Shown here in pieces: positions 12,224 to 23,410 of a DNA stretch of 36,778 bases (its first letter is position 1; each line of letters opens with the position of its first letter). Both the position numbers and the translations under genes were made by a program. Origin of the DNA: Chiloscyllium plagiosum (taxonomy: Eukaryota); NCBI RefSeq assembly GCF_004010195.1, contig NC_057759.1, positions 2,663,679 through 2,700,456 of the forward strand, written 5' to 3'. Under the pieces are notes generated by a model. The model ran no database searches. It worked only from the letters and a program-made list of their open reading frames with translations, and had not been told where the DNA came from.

Positions 12224-14307
12224 AAAACAAATGCTTGGAAATGTTGACAATTTCCCTTTACCTTCCATGTTTGTTGGCAGTGAATAATAATGACACAATT
12301 ATGACAATTCCTTTCCGTACCAAATGTCATTGATACTACTGATTGTTCACAATAATAGTCATTTTCATGGCCTAAAACCTTTCCTCCTAATTCTAAAATA
12401 AATATTGAAACCTTTATTATGATAAAAAATACATTAATAAAATTAACATGACTCTTCAAGAAAGCTATTGGAAGCATATAACTCTTGCATTGTCTGCATT
12501 TTTGAACAAAACTGTTTTTTTCCAATTGTTGCTGAATGATTTTTTCACACCATCCAGCTAAGTTTTATGCTTTCATTTTTAGTTTGTTAACCTTAATGAA
12601 TATCCAATCAACATCAGAGCAAAGCGCTTTAAAAATATTAAGTCAATTTATCTGTCTGGATTATAAAGGCATTTATCAATTACAACAATTACACAGCAAT
12701 TTAACTTAGACTTTGTAAACATGCAGTGAATTTTAAAATTTCTTTCACTATTTCTTATTGTCAATGCTACTATATTAATACCTATTTGTTCAGGCCAATC
12801 CAAATACAAAACGACCAATAACATCCCTTGCAAAATTCTTTGTAACTGTCTGATTTTTGCTCATTTGAAAGATTACAATTATCTCAGCCTTTGAAATTCA
12901 GAGAGCTCCAATTAACATTCCCTGCAATATTATTCTTCATTTCTATATATTACTCAGTCTAATATCAATATGAGATATCTCATTATTCTCAAATTAACGA
13001 ATATGATTTTTAAAATCCCTTTGTTGCTAATATATCTTATATATAATAATTGTGCAATCCAGTAAGGGGTATAAATGTGGAATAATGCTTCCGTACAATA
13101 AATACTGCAAGGACATTGCAAAGTGCAATCTCTCAATCATTGTGAATATTGTATTTATTTTAAACTTGGAAACATTATTGAATTGATTTGATTATACTTT
13201 ACTTTGATGCTGACATTTACTGTATATCCAATCACAATATCAGTAGATTATAAGGAGGTATTATCGTTCATTCCAATAATCATAGTATCTGCTATATACT
13301 TTCTTCTGGTCACTAATAGCAAGATGTATCTAATTCCACTCAATCAATATTCTTCGGAAAATATTTGAGAATGTTGCAGTCTTAAAGCTGAAATATAGGA
13401 AGACATGATAGTCATTAATTTTCTCTTGTTCTGTACATCTTAGTTAAAGCAACACATAGAATTTTATGTTCCAGTGCTATAAATACGAGAAGAGATCAAT
13501 TCATTCTTCAGTAAAATAAACAAATGTCACATGATATTATTTATCATTTTTTTAAATTACTGGTCAGTTTATGAATTGTGTGAGATTTGATTTTAGCATT
13601 CCAGTCATCTATTTATATTGAATGTGACATTGAAATGGTGTGAAAATATCAGGTTCTGTTCATTTGAAAGTTGGATTTGCCAACTCTCACTTATCCCATT
13701 GATTGCATGATGGTTTAAGAACGTTTCACTCAGCAATCGTAGTAAATATAAAAAGCTGTCAGATTTTAAATCAGATCTGTTCCTAATTCATGTAAATATC
13801 TCAATTTTATTGAAACCAATGTTCACACTAAACAGTACACATAGAGCTACACAAAGACTTCCATCACCATCTTGTTCAGTAGAATAACCTGAGTAAGTAC
13901 CTTATTGTTCCTGAAACCAATGACAACAGCAAGCATTTGTTTACTATTCCATGCAAAAAGTGGCAATTGATAGCTTCTATTTCAGTTCAGTAGTTAAAGA
14001 TGATTTATGTTGCTTAAAATAATGCTTCTACTTTATCACGGATATTGACTGTAATACACTCATGCAAACACCAAACATTTTGTCATTCTAAAAATTCTTA
14101 AGTTTACTTATTTTAAATTTGTGTGCAAGAGATATTTAAAATTACAACCATTTTTGTTGTATAATTCAGCAAACCTAAAGTTTGAATTTGGGAAAGTCTC
14201 CATTTTTGCAAAATGGAAGTAGTCTTCAGTTTACGTAACACATTAAATGACTGTATTTTCAAATCACGTGCTCTGCAAAATGATTATTAGTTTCATTTAA
14301 TTGTAAG
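12224..14307 (+). pseudogene. TLR7-family ectodomain relic, unit 2 (most complete: signal peptide to approx. LRR20)
   Basis: MLTISLYLPCLLAV at 12241. NIRAKRFKNIKSIYLSG at 12610-12660 (cf. QIKPRSFSGLTYLKSLYLDG). ICSGQSKYKTTNNIPCKI..IFAHLKDYNYLSL from 12784 (cf. LYLGQNCYYRNPCYV..AFLNLTKLKVLSL). SQINEYDF. KISGSVHLKVGFANS at 13643-13687 (cf. Z-loop KISPSGDSSEVGFCSN). Reference sequences recalled from memory. Confidence 0.8.
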
Positions 14308-14598
14308 AAAAGATCTGCTTTGAATATGTTGATTCTTTTTTGTCTTTTCTATTCCAACATTATTCATCACTGTACAATAATGACACAATTATTATAATTC
14401 CTTTATGTACCAGATGTCATTGACTGCATCATTTGTTCACTTTCATGCTCACTTTCATTATCTATTAACTTTCTTCCAAATTTTGACACAAATGTCTGAA
14501 CTCTGACCATAATATTAATCATCTGAATTAAAATAACATGTCTCTATGAGGAAACCATTTGATAGAAATTCATATTTCTTGTGTTACCTGTATTTAGT
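14308..14598 (+). pseudogene. TLR7-family ectodomain relic, unit 3 (N-terminus only, cut by a CR1 insertion)
   Basis: MLILFCLFYSNII at 14326 and DVIDC. PNFDTNV*TLTI/INHLN*NNMSL*GNHLIEIHISCVTCI at 14470-14593 (cf. TLR7 IPTNTTNLTLTINHIPDISPASFHRLDHLVEIDFRCNCV). Confidence 0.8.
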
Positions 14599-15150
14599 AA
14601 AGAAAGAGTGCGAGCAGCAGCTGAGTTTAAACGAACCAGAAGGCCACAGCTAAGGTAAGACAGTCTGTTTTAAATTTACTTACCGGTAGCGGCAGCGGTG
14701 TTTTTTTCTCTCTAGACAGAAAGAGTGGGAGCAGCAGGGGGAAGTGACGACGACCAGAGGGGCAGCCGGGAAGGAAAGCAGTGAGTATATAAATCAGGAT
14801 GGCGGCTAAACCCGAGACTCTACAACCGTAGTGTCTCCTACCCGTCCTCCTCCTCCTCTAACCCCCTTACTAAGTATGTTTATCTATTTTTTTTAAAAGA
14901 CTATAGCAGAGAGGTATCAGGAAGTATTTTTACTCAAACCTGTACAAAGTAATAAAATAATTAACTAAGTAGAGATGGCTGGTCAGGTGGTGTGCTGTAG
15001 CTGTATGATGTGGGACCTGGCTGATCCCATTGTGAATGGCAGTGACCACATCTGCAGCAAGTGTTGGTTGCTGGAAGAACTCCGGATCAGAGTTGATGAT
15101 CTGGAATCTGAGCTTTAAACACTGCGGCGCATCTGGGAGGGGGAGAGTTA
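14599..15150 (+). mobile_element. 5' UTR and ORF1 start of a CR1 LINE running into a gap
   Basis: ATG at 14975 gives MAGQVVCCSCMMWDLADPIVNGSDHICSKCWLLEELRIRVDDLESEL*TLRRI, the CR1 ORF1 CxxC..CxxC zinc finger plus leucine zipper. In-frame TAA at 15116. Confidence 0.88.
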
Positions 15151-15650
15151 NNNNNNNNNNNNNNNNNNNNNNNNNNNNNNNNNNNNNNNNNNNNNNNNNN
15201 NNNNNNNNNNNNNNNNNNNNNNNNNNNNNNNNNNNNNNNNNNNNNNNNNNNNNNNNNNNNNNNNNNNNNNNNNNNNNNNNNNNNNNNNNNNNNNNNNNNN
15301 NNNNNNNNNNNNNNNNNNNNNNNNNNNNNNNNNNNNNNNNNNNNNNNNNNNNNNNNNNNNNNNNNNNNNNNNNNNNNNNNNNNNNNNNNNNNNNNNNNNN
15401 NNNNNNNNNNNNNNNNNNNNNNNNNNNNNNNNNNNNNNNNNNNNNNNNNNNNNNNNNNNNNNNNNNNNNNNNNNNNNNNNNNNNNNNNNNNNNNNNNNNN
15501 NNNNNNNNNNNNNNNNNNNNNNNNNNNNNNNNNNNNNNNNNNNNNNNNNNNNNNNNNNNNNNNNNNNNNNNNNNNNNNNNNNNNNNNNNNNNNNNNNNNN
15601 NNNNNNNNNNNNNNNNNNNNNNNNNNNNNNNNNNNNNNNNNNNNNNNNNN
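15151..15650. other. Assembly gap (500 N)
   Basis: Run of exactly 500 N, a fixed-size scaffolding spacer. Confidence 1.
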
Positions 15651-15690
15651 GTGAGGCAGCAGTGCTAACCACTGTGCTACTGTGCCGCCC
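15651..15690 (-). mobile_element. 5' head of an HE1-type SINE cut by the gap
   Basis: gtgaggcagcagtgctaaccactgtgctactgtgccgccc matches 10950-10989. Confidence 0.9.
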
Positions 15691-16047
15691 ACTAGCATGC
15701 ACCCGTGTCTTGAATCCCCCTGCCCCACAGCCATTCATCTTATCTACACTCTTCATGATTTTATAAACCTCCAATAAGGTCACCCCTCAACTTCCTGCGC
15801 TCCAGTGAAAGAAATCCCAGCCTATCCAGCCTCTCTTATAACACAATCCATCCATTCATGACAACATTGTGATAAATCTCGTCTGAACCCGCTCCAAATT
15901 AATAATATCCTTCCGATAACTGCGCGACCAGAACTGGACACAGTATTCCAGAAGAGGCCACGCCAACATCCTGTACAGCCTCAATATAACGTCCCAACTC
16001 CTATACTCAAAGGTCTGAGCAATGAACGCATGCATGCTAAGCGCTAT

Positions 16048-17522
16048 TGTTAAAGTATAGATTTGAGACGGCCCAGGGATCCCGTTTGGACTCAGACCTG
16101 TAAGCCTCTCTCTCTCTTGGTTCGTCCCGGAGATCGTACTCTTTGGAAGTCTGGAATAAAAACAGACAGATTCGTTTAATTTTACTCATCCCCTCTATTT
16201 ACCAACAGCATCACTATTAAAACATAACACTGATAGTATAATCTAAACTAACTAGGTTCTAATAACTAAGGAGAGTAGGGTACCAGCTCTTCAGGTATCC
16301 CAGTAGGCTGTACTGATACAAAGTGGCTTCCTTCATACAAAACGTTTACAAAAATATTGCATGTTCTTAATTAGACGGATAACTGTGGAAGACAATAATT
16401 TGTAAGGAAGAGAAGTTAATTGACAGGTCTATGTATGCTCAACTAATCACTCCTCCAGGTCCTAAGCCATTCATCAGGTGGGAAAAACATACCCAGCCGA
16501 GTTAGGCACCTGCAAGGGAGATGAACTCCTATCATAAAGATATACCAGTCTGAGCTAATTGGAGAGTTCATGATGTAACCTTGCACAGCTCACATGTCAG
16601 ATACGATTGTTTTACAAAATAGCTTCTTTGCAAGGAAGGCAAACGTTTGACCGTAAAATGGCTTCCTGACTCATTGTGCTACAACCTCTTCAATGTTTGG
16701 CCTCGAATTATTTCTAAGCTAGGAGCAGACTCCTGCTCTTTAAGCACTGAATCATTCTGTACCCGAGGCTGAGATGTTACCGTGATTTAAGCTGATCCAT
16801 TAGTCTTTGAATTAAACATGCTTTCTTTTCAGGGTTGTGATTCAGATTCAAATAAGACATGAGATCTGAATAGTTAGAATTGACAGTGGGGCAGTCTGTA
16901 AGGTTTGTAGCGTGGTCTGCAAGAAAAGCAAGTTAAAGCTTCATCGATATTACCTTTTACAGAGTTTGCATTTAATAACCGGTAAGAGCTACACAATATC
17001 ATCATAAAGTCTCAAGAAATGCAATTAAATTCAATCCAATTACATTTTCTAATGGTTTCAGCAGCCTCAGCACTAAAATGATCTCTTTCTCTAATGTCCT
17101 TTTGAACTCTTAAGTCAGGATCTTGTAATGGCAAAATGTTTTTTCTCTGTGTCTGCCCAGCTTCCAAGTGGTAATAAGGAATCATTATAATTGACACGAG
17201 CTGACGGTCAATTCCAAGGCTTCTGTATCAAACACTGAGGTTAATTTCACGAAAGAACAGCCGTGAATGTTATCACTTGGTGTCCTGTTTACACAGATTC
17301 ACTGATGTTAAAGCAAATGTTCGTAATTGCCTTCGAGCATCCTGTTATCACTGGGTGAGCACAGATATTTTAATCTTCTGTATACCTTGTATTCCCCACT
17401 TTTTCTGAGCCTGCAAGCCTGTCCTGTCAATTTTCTAGTGTTGAGTAAATGTGTTCTATAATTCAGCATTACATTTTAGTCTAAATGCTTAAAGACAAGT
17501 TTTAAGGCTAAAGACATTCTCA
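16048..17522. mobile_element. Probable solo LTR (~1475 bp) inserted in CR1
   Basis: A discrete insertion beginning TG and ending CA, with no coding capacity. Possible decayed 4-bp TSD (ctat/cctt). YY1/ETS/AP-1-like cluster aaaatggcttcctgactca at 16655-16673. Confidence 0.5.
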
Positions 17523-18168
17523 CCTTCTTATCCACCCTGTCTACATGTGATGCAAACTTCAAAGGCCAGAACCTTTAGGTTTCTTTGTTCTATATCACGA
17601 CTCAAGACCCTACTTTTAATTAGTGTATCTCCTGCCCTTGTTTGTTTTATCAAAATTTAATATCTTTGCATTCATTCAAATTAAACTCCATCTGCCACTC
17701 TTCAGCCCATTCACCCAATTGATCAAGATCTCTTTGTAATCGTAGATAACCTTTGTTACTGTCCACTTTAACACCAATTTCAGTGTCACCCACAAATTTA
17801 CGAACCATATTTAGTATAAAACCATCTAAATCATTTAGATGATTGGCAAACAAATGTGGGCCCAGCACCTATCCCTGTGGAACACCGCTATTCACAGGCC
17901 TTCAGTCTGAAAAACAACCCTCCGCTATTACTACGTCTCCTACTGTTAAGCTAATTTTGTATCCAGTTGGCAAGTTCTCCCTGAATCCCACGTGATCGAA
18001 CTTTACAAATTAGTCTCCCATGCAGAACCTTGCCAAAGGCTTTACTAAAATCCAAATACGCAATGTCTAACGCTCTGCCCTCATCGATCTACTTGGTGAC
18101 TACCTTAAAAAAATAATCATTTTGATGAGACACTCTCTCATAAAGTTATGCTGACTATCCCTAAACAT

Positions 18169-18304
18169 CCCCTTCCTGATGAAGGGCTTATACCGGAAAC
18201 ATCGATTCTCCTGCTCCTCGAATGCTGCCTGTCCAGCTGCGCTTTTCCCGCACCTCATTCTTCAATTCTGACCTCCATAATCTGTAGTTCTCACCTTCTC
18301 CCAG
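18169..18304 (+). mobile_element. Short Penelope-like 3' end with a degenerate hammerhead and ~18-bp TSD
   Basis: ctgatgaagggcttataccggaaacatcga. Flanks ctgactatccctaaacat (18151-18168) and ttgattatccctaatcat (18305-18322). Confidence 0.75.
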
Positions 18305-18539
18305 TTGATTATCCCTAATCATTCTTTAACTCTTAAACCGCATATAAATCCTATCCTTCTGAAGCACCTCCAACAACTTACCCAGCACTGAGGTCAGGCT
18401 CTCAGGTTTACATTTCCCAGGCTTCTCCGTAATAAAGTACAACATTAGCCACTCTTCAGTCATCAGCCACCTCACGTGTGATTCGCAATTATACAAATAT
18501 TTCTACAAGTGGCCCGCAATTTCCTCCCATACAAAGCGT

Positions 18540-18850
18540 TCCCCTACTTTCACTTCAGTCACTTGTCCTCTTTTGTTACCCTAGAAAAGGTCAACTTCTG
18601 CTCCTTTTCTGACAGGAACATTTACACACTGATAAAGGAAATGTTCTCGAACTAATTTAACAAATTCTCCACCCACCAAACCTTTCACACTATGGTAATC
18701 GGAATCAATGTTTGGAAAATTAAATTGCTTACTATTACAACCTCATTATTCTGACATCTATCTGAGATATCGCTGTGCATTTGTCCCTCAAGTTCCCTCT
18801 GAATATTGCAGCGTCTATCGTGCCATCCGACCAAGCTGATCCTTTTTATT
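18540..18850 (-). mobile_element. Old CR1 endonuclease remnant
   Basis: The minus strand has VVIVSNLIFQTLI-type sequence where the endonuclease VxxGDFNFP motif lies. Similar to 21130-21380 in reverse. Confidence 0.6.
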
Positions 18851-18911
18851 TAAATTTGAAAACACAATTATGTTCAAAAAAAAGCTCTCCTCCATGATTT
18901 AAATAAATCTT

Positions 18912-19228
18912 ATTGTTTATTTATTTAGAACATGCATTGCCCAGAGTCAACCACATTGCTGTGGGTCTGGAGTCACATGTAGGCCAGACCAGGTAAGGAT
19001 GGCAGATTCCTTCTCTAAAGGACATTAGTGAACCAGATGGTGTTTCTTTCTCCCTAACATTCAACAATGAATTCAGAGTCATCATTAGATCCTTAATTCC
19101 AGATTTTATTGAATACCAATGCCACCATCAGCCATGCTGGGATTCGAACCCTCATCCTCACCCTCACAACTTTACACAGGTCTCCATATTACTCGTCTTA
19201 GCAAAAATACCATTAGAACATCACCTCA
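18912..19228 (-). mobile_element. SINE family B, near full length
   Basis: Pol III B box gggttcgaatccc on the minus strand (19139-19151). Body shared with 21398-21732. Confidence 0.8.
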
Positions 19229-21397
19229 CTATTTGGCGACGATTTTTTATTTTACAAAAAGGCTGTCCTTCAATTTGAACATATTGAGATAAATTACTGA
19301 GCCCGTCCATGTGTCGGCCTCTCCAAATAGTCAGTTAACACAAATCTGTTTCAAAAAGAAATTAACACATTTTTGGGTTTGTATTTTCCATTTTTGTGAT
19401 AAAAGAGCTAAAAATGAATAAAAAAAAATCTTACACCACAGACTTGTAATTTCTGAAGCTGGAGGGGAGATTAAAGAGATAAGGAGGGTTGTGAGGCTGG
19501 AGGAGGAATTACAGAGACAGGGAGGGAGCATTGTGGGAGAAAAGAGAAACAAACCGTGACATTTCACAGCTGCCCTCGGAGAGAGCTCACTCTCAGAACT
19601 ACTACAGCTGGGGATCAGCTCTTAGTACATAAGTCATAGTCTGTTTAATTTTCGTAAATCTACAATAGTGAATAAGGTGAGGGTTTCTTTTTAATGTGTC
19701 TTACAGTCTCTTGATTAAATTTTAAAATATAAAACGTAGGTATTAAGTTATTCTGGAGTAATGTTTTGTAGAGCAGTACGACTGTGCCTTTTCCTGGGTC
19801 TGTAAAATTTTAAGGTACAGAAATGGACATTCATAGATTGATGTGCTTTTCCTGCCAGATGTGGGAGATTAGGGAGAGTTTCAATGATCGTGATGATTAT
19901 GTCTGCAGGAAGTGGGGTTGTAAATCTCATTGGATCGGTTGGAGTGGGAAAGTTAAAGGTGGTTAGGAATTGACGGGGGGTGGGGTTGGTCAGTGAGCAT
20001 GATAGGTGACAGTCTCAGGATGGTAGGATATTGTAGAAACAGTCACATGGATGGGTTACCTCTACGAAAGGTAGGAGGGGTAGGCAGGTAATGCAGCAGT
20101 CTCCCGTGGCTGTCTCCATCTCAAAGAAGTATACTGGTTTGGAAAAGTTAGGGGGTGCTAGACTCTCAAGTTACTGACGCACTGACAGTTAAGTTCCTGG
20201 TACTGAGACTGGCGCCAATGTAATGAGAGGTATATCAGGTTCCAGATGATCAATGATGATAGGGGATTCTCTGGTATAGGGCACAGATTGCCGTTTGTGC
20301 AGCTGACAGTGAGACATCAGAATGGGGTGGTGCCTCCCTGGTGTCAGGGTCAAGGATGTCTCACAAAGGGAGCAGAATCTTCTCAAAAAGGGAGAATAAC
20401 CAATGGGATGTGGTTGTACATTGGTACCAATGACATAGGAAGAGAAAGGATGAGGTCCTGATGAGAATATGGCAAATTAGCCTGGAGGTTTAAAAAGTAG
20501 GTCCTCAAGGATAGTAATATCTGGATTAGTTCTAGTGCCTCATGCTAATGTCAAAAGGAATAGCAGGATGGAGGAGATGAATGAGTGGCTGTGGACCTGG
20601 TGGAGCTGAGAAGGATTCACATTTTTGAATCATTGGACTCTCTTGTAGGGTAGAATCGACTTGCCTAAGAAGGATGGATTGTACTGCATTGGAAGGGAAG
20701 ATTTTCTAATGCTACTTAGGCGGAATTGAACCAGTGAGGGAGTGAGAGTAAACGCAAAGAGATAGTGAGGAAAGAGGTAAGTCGGAGGCTGAAACTGTTC
20801 AGAGGTCAGACTATCAAGGCAGGCAAGGGCACTTCACAGAATGAGGTCACACTGCATTTATTTCAATGCAAGTGTCCTGACAGGGAAGGCAGATGAGCTC
20901 AGGGTATGGTTTTGAACGTGGGACTGGGATATTACAGCAGTTACAGAGGCATTAATCAGGGATGGATAGGACCAGTACCTTACTGTTCCTGGGTATAGAT
21001 GCTATAGCAAGGATAGAACAGGGAAAGTGGCATCTTTGATGAGGGGTAACATTACAGCTGGGCTTCAGGAGGACATTCCTGGTCCTACATCCAGACAAGT
21101 TATTTGGGTGGGACTGCGAAAGAAGAAAGGGATGATCACCTCATTGGGATTGTATTATAGACCTCCGCCCAATAGTCAGCAGGGAAATGAGAAGTAAGTT
21201 TACCAGGAGATCTGTATCTGTTATCTGTTAGAATAAAATGGTTGCAATTAGAAGGGGTTTTAAATTTACCAACATCACCTCTGAGTGCTGTAGTGTTAAG
21301 GGCTTGGATGGAAACGTATTTGTTCAGTGTGTACGAGAACAATTCAGATTCAGTTTCTAGGATGTACCTACTAGAGTAGGAACAAAACTTGACCTTT

Positions 21398-21732
21398 TTC
21401 TTTATTTATTCACAGAATGAGAGTGTCACTGGCTGGGCCCAGAGGGCAGTTAACAGTCAACCACTTTGCGATGGGTCTGGAGACCTATGCAGGCCAGATC
21501 AGGTAAGGATGGCAGATTCCTTCCCTAAAGGTCATTAGTGAACCAGATGATGCTTTTTAACCAACAATCGACAATGGATTCATTGTCATCATTAAATTCT
21601 TAGTTCCAGATTTTTTGTTAAATTCAAATGCCCCCATCTGCCGTGGTGGGATTCAAATCCAGGTCCCCAGATCGTTTCTGGGTCCCTGGATTAACTGTTT
21701 ATTGATAATATCACTAGGCCATCACCGCCTCC
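21398..21732 (-). mobile_element. SINE family B nested in CR1
   Basis: Matches 18912-19228, with a B-box-like ggatttgaatccc on the minus strand. Confidence 0.8.
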
Positions 21733-21802
21733 TGTCTTGGGAAATGAGACAGGGTGAGTGAATGAGGTGTCAGTTGGGCAGCAAGTAAGTACGAAAGATC
21801 CC

Positions 21803-21992
21803 ACAGTATTGTGGCTCATTGGTTAGCGCTGCTTCCTCAGCATCAGGGTCCTGGGTTTGATTCGAGCCACGGGTGACTCTCTGTTTGGAGTTTGCACATT
21901 CTCCCTATGTCTGACGGAGTTTCCTCCACGTGCTCTGGTTTCCTCCCACAGTCCAAAGATGTCAAAGTTTGGTGATTTAGCCATGGTAAATT
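21803..21992 (+). mobile_element. 5' half of a diverged HE1-type SINE
   Basis: gtggctcattggttagc, ggtttgattc, ggagtttgcacattctcc. Confidence 0.85.
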
Positions 21993-22443
21993 CTCCAGAG
22001 TGTCCAGACGCAGTAGATGAGGTGTTTAGTTTTGCAGGAAAAATTCTGCCTGCTTTTGAAGAGATCTTTTGGGGCCTTGGACAGAGGTGATGGGTGAGGT
22101 GTGGGCACGGGACTTACATCTCCTGTGGTGGCAGGGGAGGGCGCGAGTATGGAGGGTGGGTTTAAGGGATGGTGTGGACCTAACAAGGGAATCGAAGACG
22201 GAATGGTCTATGTGGAATACAGATAGGGGTGTGGAGCGAAATATATCCCTGATGCTGGGGTCTGACTGTAGGTAGCGGAAATGGCAATGGTTAATGCACT
22301 GTATTTGGAGATTAGTGTGGAGGATATGCATTGGAGGGCATTGTTGATCACGTGGGAAAGAAATTGAATGAGAAGCCTTTCTGAGATGTTCTGGAGTGGA
22401 ATTGCTCCTCCTCAGTGCAGATATGGAAGAAGTGGAGGAATTG
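21993..22443 (-). mobile_element. Penelope-like element remnant: linker, Cys knuckle and start of GIY-YIG endonuclease
   Basis: HFRYLQSDPSIRDIF..DSLVRS..PCHHRRCK..SVQGPK and, after a frameshift, RQNFSCKTKHLIYCV. This is the typical PLE pre-GIY-YIG region. Confidence 0.8.
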
Positions 22444-22732
22444 GGTACAAGGCTATACTCGAGAGTAATCAGGAGAGCAAAAAGGGGACATGAAATGACT
22501 CCAGAAAATGGCTTAAGGTGAATCCAAAGAGATTATGCAAATACATCACAGATAAAAGAATAACCAGGCAGATCAACAAGGCGGGCTATGGAACCACAGA
22601 AGCTGGGAGGGATATTATGCAAGTATTTCACTTTTTTTTTTACTGGAGAATGAAATGGAAGCTAGGGACTTTGGAGAAATATATAGTGATAACTTGATAA
22701 ACGTCCATATTACAGAGAAGGTGGTACTGGTC

Positions 22733-23053
22733 TTTTTTTTAGATTAGATTACTTACAGTGTGGAAACAGGCCCTTCGGCCCAACAAGTCCACACCGACCC
22801 GCCGAAGCACACCCACCCAGACCCATTCTGCTACATTTACCTCTGCACCTAACAATACAGGCAATTTAGCGTGGCCAATTCACCTAACCTGCACATTTTT
22901 TTTTTTGGAGTGTGGGAGGAAACCGGAGCAAACCCACGCAGACACGGGGAGAATGTGCAAACTCCACACAGTCGGTCGCCTGAGGCGGGAATTGAACCCG
23001 GGTCTCTGGCGTTGGGAGGCAGCAGTGTTAACCACTGTGCCACCGTGCCGCCC
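22733..23053 (-). mobile_element. Full-length young HE1-type SINE
   Basis: A box tggcacagtgg, B box ggttcaattcc, CR1-like tail. Closely similar to 10693-10989. Confidence 0.95.
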
Positions 23054-23280
23054 ACGTATTAAATCATATCAAGGTGGATAAATGAATGGGACCTGATCAG
23101 ATGTATCCAGACATTTGTGGAAAGCTAGTGAGGTGATTTCTGGACCCCTCCTGATATGTTTATATCATCGATAGTCACAGGTGAAGTACTGGAAGATGGC
23201 TGCAATGATTTTAAAAAGGTGGTAAGGAAAGGTTGGGGAACAAGAGATCAGTTCGCCTTTACATAGAGTTTCCTAGAGAA

Positions 23281-23410
23281 CCGTTCCTAGAGTTATTTCA
23301 TGTCCCCTTTTTGCTCTCCTTATTTCCCTCGAGTTTAGTCCTGTACTGAATTCCTCCACTTCTTCCATGTCTGCACTCAGGAAGAGCAATTCCACTCCAG
23401 AACATCCCAG
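23281..23410 (-). repeat. Inverted local duplicate of 22381-22511 (Penelope/CR1 junction)
   Basis: The reverse complement aligns end to end with 22381-22511, roughly 85-90% identical by eye. Confidence 0.9.

Larger units (their letters stand above)
15692..18530 (-). mobile_element. Older CR1 RT region, split by a putative solo LTR (16048-17522) and a Penelope fragment (18169-18304)
   Basis: Minus-strand LLEVYKIMKS and VLGPHLF..KFVGDTEIG..WAEEWQMEFN. The LINE sequence resumes in register across both insertions. Confidence 0.88.

Noticed and set aside
12217..12525. Minus-strand 102-aa ORF with AG/GT-bounded exon-like segment (and ORF 9269-9622)
   Set aside because: These are antisense shadows of the TLR relic. 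The homologous frame in unit 3 has several stops.
8825..14598. VLR-like LRR donor cassettes or a viral (entomopoxvirus-type) LRR gene array
   Set aside because: The motifs follow TLR7 order, including LRR-NT and the Z-loop, and are riddled with stops and frameshifts, unlike usable cassettes. No viral genes lie nearby.
15036..15783. Long ORFs spanning N runs (also 32559-33170)
   Set aside because: Artefacts of translating assembly gaps.
22980..23053. tRNA gene (A and B boxes)
   Set aside because: It is the tRNA-derived head of an HE1 SINE, continuous with the SINE body. No full cloverleaf.
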